This document shows, one piece after another, positions 30,486-40,037 of a stretch of DNA of 49,461 nucleotides (the first letter of the stretch is position 1; each line of letters starts with the position of its first letter). A program made the position numbers and the translations under genes. A model generated the notes under the pieces. The model had not been told where the DNA came from. It did not search any database and saw only the letters and a program-made list of their open reading frames with translations. Source of the DNA: a virus; IMG/VR virus record IMGVR_UViG_3300044501_000030; one strand, given 5' to 3'.

Positions 30486-33274
30486 GGCGCAGCGGGGAGC
30501 TTGACGCCGCGTTCTTCGAGTAGCGCTTGGGCGTCAGCGGAGACTTGCTTCATCGCGAGTTGCTTGGCGAGGTCGGGACGCAACACCTTCAACCGTTCGC
30601 GGGCAACAGAGCGTGTCTCTTTGAACACTTGTTGGAGGATGATGATCTTCTCGGTGTCGGTGGCGCGTTGGTAGCGCGAGGCTGTCACCAGCCGAGGGAA
30701 GACGACTTGCATTTGCTCAGCAATCGACTGGTTGAGAACTCGATCGATCTTTGGCTCCCCGCTCTTCGCCATCACCTCGAAGGGAGAGAGATGGAGCGCT
30801 TGCAGCTCCTTCTCTAGTTGGTTAGCGGTTGTCAAGCTGAGCCCCGTGAGCTGCCGGAGCACAGGAGTCTCAGCCTTCGGGGGCTCCGCGCGCGTCACGA
30901 ACTGTTTCGGTGGCAAGGTCTGTGATAGCAGCGGGATGTTCTCTTCAGCGCGACCTAACAGCAGCTCTCGCGTGTCGCGGAGGATCGCTTCGTTGGGGTC
31001 GACGCCAGCCACGAAGTCTTTGACTGTGCGGAAGGGGACCGTGAAGCTGCCGATGTAGTTCGCCGCGAAGTCACGAAGGAGATTCGTCGCTTGCTCTAGT
31101 GGTTGGGGTTTCAAGAACTCGATGGCGACAAGCCCAGTGCCCGCGAGGCGGCTCATGGAGAGCATCCCCTGCGCAACATCGAGCCCTGTCATCCCACGTC
31201 GTGCTTTCAGCGCGGCGGTGAGGCCCTTGCCGTCACGGATCACGTCGACGCCGACCTCGGAGAGCGTCTTCATCACGTCAGCTATGAAGAGGTAGGTAGC
31301 GAGCGGAGCGAACGGACGGGCATCGATCGTGCTGTCACCCGCTTGGATCTGATACCACTTCTCCCCAGCGGCCGACGAGTTGCGCACCGCCAATCCAGCC
31401 CCAAGAAATGCTGTGCCCAACGAAGCGCGTGAGAGGATTTGGTTGCGAGTCGCTTTGCTCGCCCAGTTGTATTTGCCTGTTGGATCGCGCAGCATGAGCC
31501 GCGTGTAGCCAGCGGGCGAGAAGTCGTACAAGAACTTGTAGCTGTTCGCGAGGAAGCGAGGGAAGGGATGGATCTGCGTCAAGAGCGGCATGTCACGGTA
31601 CATGTTGAGGACTGCACGCCCGAACGTGCCTTGCTTGGGCGTCGCCGCGAAGGTTCCCTCCAACGCTGTTTGCACCGCCTTGTTGACGGCGTCCGCCGGC
31701 AACTGCGCCGGCTCACTGAGCAGCGCACCGACGTCTGCACCACGCGCCCGCAGCTCTCCACGCAACGATCCATCGAAGAGTGCGCGGCGGAAGAAGCTCT
31801 CTTGCATGACGTTGAAGGTATTGATGATCTTGGCATAGCGGCTGCCCAAGGTGATTTCGCCGGCTGGGGTGGCGAAGAGTTCGTTGACCAGTTGGGCATT
31901 CTTTGGCGAGGTACGTGCAAACTGATCCAACGCTTGCACGAGATCGCGACGCCCACTTGGCGTCAGTTGCCGCGCGAAGCTCGCCGTCAGCTCGAAGGAC
32001 CGCCCAAGGCCCTCCCCACCAAGCCCGCTTTGCACCGCCTGATCGAGCACTTCCGTCGAGTACCGCCCCGTCTGTGACAGGATGTTGCGGGCGGTCGTCG
32101 CAAACTGTGCTGTCAACGACGCTCGCCGGATGTTCTCGATGGGGCGGTAGAGGCGCAGGAAGCGCTGCCAGAAGTAGTCAGGCGGAATCGCTTGGTTGAA
32201 GGCGTTCAGCGCTGGGGTGATCGAGGGGTCGTTCGCCTCCATGGCCTTCATCGACTTCCGCAGTTGCGAGAGGAAGTTCAACTTCTGCGCATCCGAGCGC
32301 ACGGTGTTGCGGAAGAACGACACCATCTCTGGCGCGGCACCGGAGGCGTCCATCTCATCGGCGATAGCAAGGTAGAGCCGCTGCCGTTGGCTATTTTGTG
32401 AGATCGACTCCAGTTGGTCAGGGGCGTTCTGCAATCGGGTGTTCAGTTTTTGGAAGAACTCAGGTGTGAACTCCTTCTGGAAAAAGTCTGGTGGTACATC
32501 TTCAAGGCGGAAGCCCCCACCAGGTGGCTCAGGTGGTGCGCCAGGTGGCTTTGCTAAAGGTGGTGCCACTTCAGGTGGTGGCGTGTCGGCGACGATCAGG
32601 TCCACTGAGGGGCGCGTTGGGATTGGCTCAGCAGCACCCTCGGGCGTGAGCGGTGTCACTTGGCCCGGCGCGAACTTCGCTTGTGCTCCACCAACGGCTG
32701 CTCCGAACACCAACCCTGCTCCCGTTGAGAGCATGAGGTCAGCGGTCTGCGGTAGCTCACCATCCTTGATGAGCGATCGTGTGGTAGCACTGCCGGCCCC
32801 GAGCGCGGCCCCGCCGAGGGCACCTTTGATCGCACCGCGCACGAGTGTCCCGGCGGGCTTGCCGAGGAAGGGGATGGCACCGATCCCGCCGACTGCGCCT
32901 TCGGCGGCTATCGCCCTTGGCTGTTGCGGCTCACCACGGATCGCGGCGCGTGCCGCCTCGCCGGCTGCGCCCCCAGCGATGCCACCCGCGATGGCTCCCG
33001 GTGGGCCAGCAAGAGCCCCACCGCCAACGGCTCCTGCGATCGGCAACCCGACGCTGGCTGCCGTGGCCGCGACGTCGCCCATCGATGGGATCGCGATGGC
33101 CGGCGCCTCCGCTGTGCCCTCTAGTGGTGGCTTCTCTGCTGGCGCAGGCGCGACGTGTTCTGCCTGCAACTGACCGAGGATTGCCGCTTGCGCTTCGGCT
33201 GGTGTCGGCTCACGGTCGGCGATCAGCTCGAAGGTGCCTTTGTCGGTGACGACCTCGTAGGTGTCGAAGGGCAT
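30482..33274 (-). CDS. Large virion internal/ejection-type protein candidate (930 aa)
   Basis: Last and largest gene of the virion block. It has a Gly/Ala-rich hydrophobic N-terminal third. Its position is analogous to the large internal proteins of podoviruses. No enzymatic motif was seen. Confidence 0.55.
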   Translation of the reverse strand: MPFDTYEVVTDKGTFELIADREPTPAEAQAAILGQLQAEHVAPAPAEKPPLEGTAEAPAIAIPSMGDVAATAASVGLPIAGAVGGGALAGPPGAIAGGIAGGAAGEAARAAIRGEPQQPRAIAAEGAVGGIGAIPFLGKPAGTLVRGAIKGALGGAALGAGSATTRSLIKDGELPQTADLMLSTGAGLVFGAAVGGAQAKFAPGQVTPLTPEGAAEPIPTRPSVDLIVADTPPPEVAPPLAKPPGAPPEPPGGGFRLEDVPPDFFQKEFTPEFFQKLNTRLQNAPDQLESISQNSQRQRLYLAIADEMDASGAAPEMVSFFRNTVRSDAQKLNFLSQLRKSMKAMEANDPSITPALNAFNQAIPPDYFWQRFLRLYRPIENIRRASLTAQFATTARNILSQTGRYSTEVLDQAVQSGLGGEGLGRSFELTASFARQLTPSGRRDLVQALDQFARTSPKNAQLVNELFATPAGEITLGSRYAKIINTFNVMQESFFRRALFDGSLRGELRARGADVGALLSEPAQLPADAVNKAVQTALEGTFAATPKQGTFGRAVLNMYRDMPLLTQIHPFPRFLANSYKFLYDFSPAGYTRLMLRDPTGKYNWASKATRNQILSRASLGTAFLGAGLAVRNSSAAGEKWYQIQAGDSTIDARPFAPLATYLFIADVMKTLSEVGVDVIRDGKGLTAALKARRGMTGLDVAQGMLSMSRLAGTGLVAIEFLKPQPLEQATNLLRDFAANYIGSFTVPFRTVKDFVAGVDPNEAILRDTRELLLGRAEENIPLLSQTLPPKQFVTRAEPPKAETPVLRQLTGLSLTTANQLEKELQALHLSPFEVMAKSGEPKIDRVLNQSIAEQMQVVFPRLVTASRYQRATDTEKIIILQQVFKETRSVARERLKVLRPDLAKQLAMKQVSADAQALLEERGVKLPAAP

Positions 33275-33277
33275 AGC

Positions 33278-34477
33278 CTACTTCTTGCGGATAGTCTGGA
33301 TCGTGATTGGTGGCCCAGCTGGCCCCGCACCGGGATAGCCAGGTTCGATGAAGGGCTGCGTGGTGCCTGGTGCTACAGCTGATGGCGCTGCTGCACCTAA
33401 CAAAGCATCGGCGTTCTCGTCATCCATCAATGACTGCACGAAGCTCACCGCACCAACAGCGCCCTTTTTGATGTCGCTCAATGAGAATGCTGCGAGCTTC
33501 GGATCGCCGGAGCCAGGTGGTTGACCTTGCTTCCGCGCGGTGTACTCAGCAATGAAGCGATCACGGATCGATTCTTTGCGCGCCTTCAAGAGTTTCCCCA
33601 CTCTCTTTGCAACCTTCGGTGAGATATTGCCAGCCTGGATGTCCTCTTTCGATACGCCCTCCCCAATCAACGCGAGGTTCTGCGACGTTGCAATGAACTT
33701 GTTCGTGGTAAGGCCAGGCAACTTGCGTGGTGCATCGAAGATTTGATTGGCGTGGAAGTCACCGTTCGGATCGATCTGGATGGCGAAAGACTTCTTGCGG
33801 TCACCGTCATCAAACGTACGGAAGATTGTCTTCGACTGGCCTTGCTTCTGTGCTTGCAATGCGAGCTTCTTCTCACCGAGCGACAGTGTCCCAATCTTGG
33901 AGCCGAACGCCATACCGATGATCGCTGAGCCCTGTGGCTCCGCAGCGGTCTCTTGAATCCGACGCTTCAACTTTTGTCCAGCTGTCTCAGAGGCGGGTGC
34001 CGCTACTGGCGCTAGCGCTGTGGGAGCAGCGGGTGCTGAAGGTACGGGAGCCTGCTGGATCTGGATGGGGGCTGGGGCGGGTGCACCGCTTGCAGTAACA
34101 GCTGGGCCTGTCGGTGCTGATACACCACCAGCGCTGTTCAACAATGGTACAGCGCCACCACTGATGAGATCCGCTTGCAATGCTGATCCTGCCTGTTCGG
34201 TAACTGAAGGTGCCGTCAAGAACTCCGTGATGTCCTCTGGCTTCGACTTGCCCTCACCGATTCCGAGTGCATCACGGTATACCGCAACGAACTTTGGGTT
34301 CTTGAGCAGGTCAGGATTCTTCTCTGCGCGGCGACGGATTGCAGCTACTTCTTGTTGCTTCTTCTGGAGCGCTTCGACAGCTTGGATGCGTTGCTTATGC
34401 TCCAGGTGTGGCCCCAACACGGAGTTTAAGCCTTGCAAGAAGCCACCGACGCCTGCGAACGCACCGAGGTCAGCCAT
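33278..34477 (-). CDS. Virion internal-type protein candidate (399 aa, Ala/Pro/Gln-rich middle)
   Basis: Track ORF, assigned by position and composition only. Confidence 0.5.
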   Translation of the reverse strand: MADLGAFAGVGGFLQGLNSVLGPHLEHKQRIQAVEALQKKQQEVAAIRRRAEKNPDLLKNPKFVAVYRDALGIGEGKSKPEDITEFLTAPSVTEQAGSALQADLISGGAVPLLNSAGGVSAPTGPAVTASGAPAPAPIQIQQAPVPSAPAAPTALAPVAAPASETAGQKLKRRIQETAAEPQGSAIIGMAFGSKIGTLSLGEKKLALQAQKQGQSKTIFRTFDDGDRKKSFAIQIDPNGDFHANQIFDAPRKLPGLTTNKFIATSQNLALIGEGVSKEDIQAGNISPKVAKRVGKLLKARKESIRDRFIAEYTARKQGQPPGSGDPKLAAFSLSDIKKGAVGAVSFVQSLMDDENADALLGAAAPSAVAPGTTQPFIEPGYPGAGPAGPPITIQTIRKK

Positions 34478-35381
34478 GGTGCTCCTCCTGTTCGAGCAAC
34501 TGGAAGGCTTCGTCTTCGGTCAGGATCTTCATCATTTGGAGGGCATGGATCGCACTGGGTAGTGGGTTGGTCAGCGCAGCCGTGTTCAGAATCTCAGTTT
34601 GGACCTTTGGGCACCACATAAGCGACGATGCGTGTGGATCGTGACAGCGCGTACACCACCGCGCCGATGGTTCACGCTTGGTGTGCCCATCGTATGTGCG
34701 AGCGGAAACGGGAAGGCCGTGCCTCTCCAAGTAGTCCCAAACCTCATCGTCCGACCACCAGAAGAGCGGAGCCACCGCAGGCACACCTGGAGCCAGTTCG
34801 AAGCACGGTCCTTTTTTAGCGATGGTGTTGCGTCGTGCATTCCGCGCCTCCAGGGGAAGTTTGTCGTGTGGGACCGGGCACGTCGCTTTCTCGACATCAC
34901 TCAGCTTGAATCCGATGATGAGAAAGTCCGTGTCGACGGGTGACACGATCCCGCGTGTCGTCCTCAGCTCGTCGTCCAGGCAGACATAGCGTCCGGTCCC
35001 CTCCCAGCGGCGCATCGTCGTCGGGATCGGAGTGACAGCCCGCTGGTTCACGAACGGAAAACTCATGAATAGGGGTTGGTCCTTGAACGGCAGAAAGATC
35101 GCTCTGCCCAGGGCACATCGCGTGACGGAGAGCGAGTAGTGACCAATCACCCATTGGATGTACTCCTCATCGTAGACTTCGTCCAAATCCTGAATGTAAA
35201 GGACGTCGCGGATGTTGAACTGTGCTGCCAAGTCGATCACCGCGAGGCTGTCCTTCCCAAACGAACTCATGACGCGTGGATAGATTGGCCTCAGTCGCGC
35301 CAACTCACTCTCGATAATGAGCCGCGCGTCGAACACCGCGATATCGATGTGATCGACTTCAGATGGCAATGATGACTGCAC
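34470..35381 (-). CDS. PAPS-reductase-family (PP-loop ATP-pyrophosphatase-like) protein (303 aa)
   Basis: PP-loop-like VMSSFGKDS (canonical form is SGGKDS). It also has …PLFWWSDDEVWDYLERHGLPVSARTY… and WCTRCHD, typical of the PAPS reductase/DndC-like family C-terminal region. Confidence 0.6.
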   Translation of the reverse strand: MQSSLPSEVDHIDIAVFDARLIIESELARLRPIYPRVMSSFGKDSLAVIDLAAQFNIRDVLYIQDLDEVYDEEYIQWVIGHYSLSVTRCALGRAIFLPFKDQPLFMSFPFVNQRAVTPIPTTMRRWEGTGRYVCLDDELRTTRGIVSPVDTDFLIIGFKLSDVEKATCPVPHDKLPLEARNARRNTIAKKGPCFELAPGVPAVAPLFWWSDDEVWDYLERHGLPVSARTYDGHTKREPSARWCTRCHDPHASSLMWCPKVQTEILNTAALTNPLPSAIHALQMMKILTEDEAFQLLEQEEHHG

Positions 35382-35877
35382 CGATGACCGCTCCTCCGGC
35401 GGCGGCGCCCGCTCCGATCAATTGTTGTTGCGATTGTTGCCCCGCGATCTGTCCCTGTGCACCTCGTGCGGCGACACCTTGCAACGCCTGAGTGGCCTGT
35501 GCCGTCTGACCGAGTGAGGCAGACGGTGCTTGCTCGAAGAACTGACGGAAGATTTTGTCACGCGTCGCGGACTGCGCTTGGCCTCCCTGCACTGCGAGCC
35601 CGGTGCGGAGGCTCTGGGCGAACGGGGTGTTGCCAAGCCCTGCACGGTTGATCGATTCGTTGGCGGTCGCGATCGTACGGTCTTGGCCAAACTTCAGGCC
35701 TTCGAGTGCGGTGTTCAAAACAGGAACGTTGGTCGTGTTCCCGCCCGTCTTCAGCACGTCGTTCAGCTGCGAGAAGTACGCTTCGCGACTCGGGCGTGTC
35801 GCAGCGCGGATCTCCGCCGTGGTCTGTTGCAAGACCTTGCGTGATTGCTTCCCACTATCTTTGGCGCCCTTGCCCAT
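35359..35877 (-). CDS. Gln/Ala-rich protein with a C-terminal hydrophobic segment (172 aa); paralogue of the next gene
   Basis: SREAYFSQLNDVLKTGGN…NTALEG aligns with SRATRNTYFQQLTEALTTGNV…QRAVEG of ORF 35878..36519. It ends GAVIGAVIIAI. Confidence 0.55.
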   Translation of the reverse strand: MGKGAKDSGKQSRKVLQQTTAEIRAATRPSREAYFSQLNDVLKTGGNTTNVPVLNTALEGLKFGQDRTIATANESINRAGLGNTPFAQSLRTGLAVQGGQAQSATRDKIFRQFFEQAPSASLGQTAQATQALQGVAARGAQGQIAGQQSQQQLIGAGAAAGGAVIGAVIIAI

Positions 35878-36519
35878 TTACTGCCCTTCAAATCGTGGTG
35901 GTGGCGTTGCTGTACGAGACTGCGCGTTCAAGAAGGCCGAGGTTGCGGTACCCGTGAGGCCACCGACGCCTTGCGCGACGCTGCCGATCGCCGAGAGGGA
36001 TGCAGCACTCCGCGCGCGTTGGATGGACGCCGCAATCTCGCTGATCGCGTTCTGGCTCTCCAAGCCGATGCTTTGTGCTTGGCCGATCGTCGCAGCGGGC
36101 GCTTCGAGCAAGAGTTGGTTGATGAGATCCGAGGGCGCCGCTCCCGCACGTTGCTCAGCAATCAAGCGACTCTTCGCGAGTGCTTCTTGGCCCAGCGGGG
36201 TTTGCACCAGGTTGCCGCCGGCCAATTGGTTTTTGAGCACCCGCTGCTCATCGGAACCTTGAAGGAGCGCCCCTTCTACGGCGCGCTGTTCTGCGGGAAT
36301 CAATGCCTGGACGTTGCCGGTGGTGAGTGCCTCAGTGAGCTGCTGAAAGTACGTGTTCCGCGTGGCGCGCGAGGATTCGAGGATCTCCTTCGCGAAGAAC
36401 GCAAGTTCTTCGTCGAGGTTCTTCCCAGGTGTGCCCGGTTTCTTCGAGAGCTTTTTCCTTAGTGCAGGAGCTGCTGGCCCCCCCAAGGCAAGCTCAATAC
36501 CCTTACCTACGTCACCCAT
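35878..36519 (-). CDS. Gln/Ala-rich protein (213 aa); paralogue of 35359..35877
   Basis: See the paralogue. The two are adjacent and co-oriented. Confidence 0.55.
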   Translation of the reverse strand: MGDVGKGIELALGGPAAPALRKKLSKKPGTPGKNLDEELAFFAKEILESSRATRNTYFQQLTEALTTGNVQALIPAEQRAVEGALLQGSDEQRVLKNQLAGGNLVQTPLGQEALAKSRLIAEQRAGAAPSDLINQLLLEAPAATIGQAQSIGLESQNAISEIAASIQRARSAASLSAIGSVAQGVGGLTGTATSAFLNAQSRTATPPPRFEGQ

Positions 36520-37022
36520 TACTGCAACTCGCTCTCATCCATCAAGGGCGCGAAGTGTTTTGCAGCGCGCTCGAAAGCGGCGCGTGTAAGGAAGGTCACG
36601 TAGGTGCTCTCGTCACCGAGGATGAACGGGATCTCCCCAAGGCGAACGAAGCCGACCTTTTCGTGCTCCAACGCGATAGCCTCGCTGTTCGTCACGCCGA
36701 TGAGTACCGGGTAGAGCGAAAGGAAATGGGTGAGCGCAAGCATGACCGCCTTCGTCGCGCGCTTGGTTTGGCGTGCTTCGCTGGCGATCCAGACGTGCAC
36801 CAGTGCTCCACCGAAGGTCTGGGGCTCGATCCACGACGTGAACCAGATCCCCGTCTCGTTTTCTTCGTAGAGCAGTTGTGTCGGCACCTGCATGGCGTTG
36901 AAGAAGGCTGAGAGCTTGTCCATCCCGGTGTAGCCACGCTGGAGGTCGCCGGAGAGGACCATCTTCTCCCACCAGCGGTAGAGCTTCAAATCTTCCAGCC
37001 CGCTCGCCTTGTACTGTTCCAT
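36519..37022 (-). CDS. Hypothetical protein (167 aa; weak acetyltransferase-like impression only)
   Basis: Track ORF with globular composition. I could not confirm any catalytic motif. Confidence 0.55.
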   Translation of the reverse strand: MEQYKASGLEDLKLYRWWEKMVLSGDLQRGYTGMDKLSAFFNAMQVPTQLLYEENETGIWFTSWIEPQTFGGALVHVWIASEARQTKRATKAVMLALTHFLSLYPVLIGVTNSEAIALEHEKVGFVRLGEIPFILGDESTYVTFLTRAAFERAAKHFAPLMDESELQ

Positions 37023-37065
37023 CAGATCCTCCCTATCACAATGGCGGCCGGAAGGGCAGCCCTTT

Positions 37066-37365
37066 TCAGGTGTTGGCGACGACCGCTGCTGCGAGGTCTG
37101 CTGCCTTCGCCTTCAACTGATCCGCAGCTGCCTGGACGCGAACCGGATCACCAGAGGCGATGGCATCGGCCAACTGCTGGTGGAGACCATTCAAGAGTGC
37201 CACAGCTGCGGCCTCTGCGTCGCTGATTGCTGTGACCTGTACTTCGAGATCATCGATGGCTGCCATAGTCTTCGCTCCTTGCTTGGTGAGGGCATCGATC
37301 TTTTGTTCGATGCGGTTGAATTGATTTCGGAGTTGACGGTCGACCAAGTAATCAAAGATGCTCAT
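37066..37365 (-). CDS. Coiled-coil protein (99 aa)
   Basis: Track ORF with heptad-like Ala/Leu/Gln-rich sequence and a 4-nt overlap with the upstream gene. Confidence 0.55.
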   Translation of the reverse strand: MSIFDYLVDRQLRNQFNRIEQKIDALTKQGAKTMAAIDDLEVQVTAISDAEAAAVALLNGLHQQLADAIASGDPVRVQAAADQLKAKAADLAAAVVANT

Positions 37366-40037
37366 GTCAAGGCGCCACCTTCCTCTGGGAGATGCACGTC
37401 GAAGCCAACCTCGTACAACTCAAAGGGCTGGATCAAGTTCCCACTGATCTCCACCGAGATGACATCCGAAGGAAGAGCTAACCCATACTCGATCAATTGC
37501 CGCGCAGCAGTGTTCGCCGTCGCGATCGTTTGCACGCCAGGAATCGTCGGCGCGGTGTAGTGCAGTTTCACCGTCACTGGACCACCCTTCATGTCGAGGT
37601 AGATCCGCTGCACGATCTTGGTGGTACTGCTTTGATCCTCGATCTTGGTGCCAGGGACTTCAATGAGAAAGGGGATCGCCGCGCCAGCATCCAGGAAGGT
37701 TCCGGGGACTTCAAAATTCAAGACGTTGGTCAGCGTCGCGAGGAAGAGCCGTGTTGGATAAGACACACCCTGAATCACATCAGCAGGTTCGACGTAGAGG
37801 GCGTTCGCACCGACACCAAGATTTCGCCATGTCCCTGTGCGGAGGTTGATCGCGAGCGTGTCGGTGAAGTCCGAAATGATGTACTCTTCGTCCTTGTAAC
37901 ACGCCGTCAAGCCGATGAACTGCCGTGCGGATGCAGTCGGATCGAGGTTCGTCTCGCCACGGAGCAACGGAAGGATCGGTTCGGGAAACACGAGTTGGCT
38001 TCCCGCACCATCGAAGATGCGGATGCCGTCGATCGCCTGGTAGATGAGGCCAAAGGGTGTCGCGACGACAGTGTCAGGTTTCACGGTGCCAAGCACCCCA
38101 GTTACTTCAACAGAGATGAAGATGTCTGATCCTTGGATCTCGTAGAGATGCTCACGGCTGAAGCAGTAGAGGTTGTTCGCCCAGATGATGACACGCTGGA
38201 GCGGATCGTCATCGGTCGTGACATCAATGAAACCCTCGTTCGACTCCAACCGGCCGATGGCCGAAAAGTAGAGCCGCCCACGTCCACCACCCACCCGGTT
38301 CGCGACGGTGAACACCTTGCCATCGATGAAGAACATGCGGTTGAAGTGGGGACCAGCAATGTCCTTCATGGACTGGGGGAACTGCGCATTATCGAGTGGC
38401 AATTCTTCGTCCTGGATGTAGCGGGTCTCGCCAGCAACCAATCCACGAAGGTCGAACGCCTGAGCAAAGCTCTTTTGCACACCGGGGAAGTCTGCGATCA
38501 CATCGGTGTACCCAAGCGTGGCTAAGCCAGGAATGTTGTTCGCAAACTCGTCGGTCTTGAAATAGGCTGATCCGTTACCAACGTTCCGCCAGATTTCGAT
38601 TGTATCGACTTGAGGATCAGGCGACGGCGTGAGATTGCTGAGCACAACAGGGTCACGTTGGACACCGACGACATCGAAGTCAATTTCTGCTAACTGCCCG
38701 ATGGCTGGGTTAGACCGGGTACCAGTCTTCGAGTTCTTATACGTGTAGGCATACTTGTACCCACCAAGCATACCAACACCAAGATGCAGTCCCCAATCGT
38801 CGAAGATCAGTTGGACGGGGCCATTCGCGTTTGTCTTTGCCGTGATCTCAGCGCCGTTGATGTTCCCCCACGTAGGATTACCCACCTTCGTGAAGGATTC
38901 CTTTGGGATACGAAGTAGTGTCCACGTGAATGACGTCTTTGCCATCCGCGTTGAGCCAAGGTTGTTGTTAAGGATCTTCTCCGCTTGGATCGGTATGAGC
39001 TTTTTGACGAGCTTCTCTTTCTGCTTCGCGAGATCATTGAGTTGCTTTCGTTGCTTCTCTGGAGACGACTCTGGGGGCGGTTGGAAGAAGGCGGGGTCAT
39101 CACCGATGCCAGTGATCCCTGACGAAGCAAAGACAGAGTCTTCGACAAGGATCTGGAACGAAAACGTTGCGCGTGTAGCCTGTTGCGACACCAAGAGGAT
39201 CTCTAAGAAGTCGAGGTTTGCAGGTTGATCACAGAAGACGAAGAGCTGAATCCAATCCTGATCCGATGATGAGACAAGCCGTCCGTTGCCAACACCATCA
39301 CTAACATCCTGCAAGTTCTTGTTTGGTGAGAACGTTTTACCAATCGACGAGACGGTGTCTTCAGCCATGCCGAAGAACATCGCTGATCCATGCTGCGCTA
39401 GACTGGTAACATTCAAGACTGGTGCGGTGAAAGGTGGCGTCGTGATCGCGAGCCACCCAGCCGACCCGAGATCGAATGTGTCGAGGATTTGGCCCGAGTT
39501 CGTGAGGCTACGCGCAGTTGCGAAGAACGAGTTGTGTGCGATCGGCTTGGTGAGCGGCGGAAAGATCCCAACATTTGAAATGCTCTCCGTTGTGGACACC
39601 TTGAACATGTTTGACACACCAAGCGTGAACGAACTCGCTTCGTTTTCTTGCAGCGTAAGTCCACCACCGACCACGAACATGTGTTCTGGTCCCAGCGGGA
39701 ACTTCGTGTTGTCGATGTCAACGGTTGGGATACCCTTCGCGAACCGCAGCCGATGCCCACCCAGGCCAGTCTTGATCGTTGACGTCGCCGTGCCGCCGAG
39801 CACGGAGGAGTTGAAATCGCCAAACCGCGTGGAGCAGTAACGCGTACCGTTGAAGGAGAAGAGACTGTGCACATTCGCCTTGGCGATCGCCAACTCAGAA
39901 CCGAACCGTGAACGCGCCTGTGGGGTCGTGAACGCCCGGACGCCTTTGGCCTGAAAGAGTGTCCCACGGGGGATGGTGTCGCGGCCTCCCGCGAGCCAGA
40001 GACCCTTCGAGAAGTCCCGATGGCGAATGCGGGCCAT
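37362..40037 (-). CDS. Large virion structural protein (891 aa; tail tube/nozzle candidate)
   Basis: Track ORF 37362..40064 trimmed to the ATG at 40037, which shares 1 nt with the upstream stop. Size and position after the fibre-like gene support the call. No motif was recognised. Confidence 0.55.
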   Translation of the reverse strand: MARIRHRDFSKGLWLAGGRDTIPRGTLFQAKGVRAFTTPQARSRFGSELAIAKANVHSLFSFNGTRYCSTRFGDFNSSVLGGTATSTIKTGLGGHRLRFAKGIPTVDIDNTKFPLGPEHMFVVGGGLTLQENEASSFTLGVSNMFKVSTTESISNVGIFPPLTKPIAHNSFFATARSLTNSGQILDTFDLGSAGWLAITTPPFTAPVLNVTSLAQHGSAMFFGMAEDTVSSIGKTFSPNKNLQDVSDGVGNGRLVSSSDQDWIQLFVFCDQPANLDFLEILLVSQQATRATFSFQILVEDSVFASSGITGIGDDPAFFQPPPESSPEKQRKQLNDLAKQKEKLVKKLIPIQAEKILNNNLGSTRMAKTSFTWTLLRIPKESFTKVGNPTWGNINGAEITAKTNANGPVQLIFDDWGLHLGVGMLGGYKYAYTYKNSKTGTRSNPAIGQLAEIDFDVVGVQRDPVVLSNLTPSPDPQVDTIEIWRNVGNGSAYFKTDEFANNIPGLATLGYTDVIADFPGVQKSFAQAFDLRGLVAGETRYIQDEELPLDNAQFPQSMKDIAGPHFNRMFFIDGKVFTVANRVGGGRGRLYFSAIGRLESNEGFIDVTTDDDPLQRVIIWANNLYCFSREHLYEIQGSDIFISVEVTGVLGTVKPDTVVATPFGLIYQAIDGIRIFDGAGSQLVFPEPILPLLRGETNLDPTASARQFIGLTACYKDEEYIISDFTDTLAINLRTGTWRNLGVGANALYVEPADVIQGVSYPTRLFLATLTNVLNFEVPGTFLDAGAAIPFLIEVPGTKIEDQSSTTKIVQRIYLDMKGGPVTVKLHYTAPTIPGVQTIATANTAARQLIEYGLALPSDVISVEISGNLIQPFELYEVGFDVHLPEEGGALT

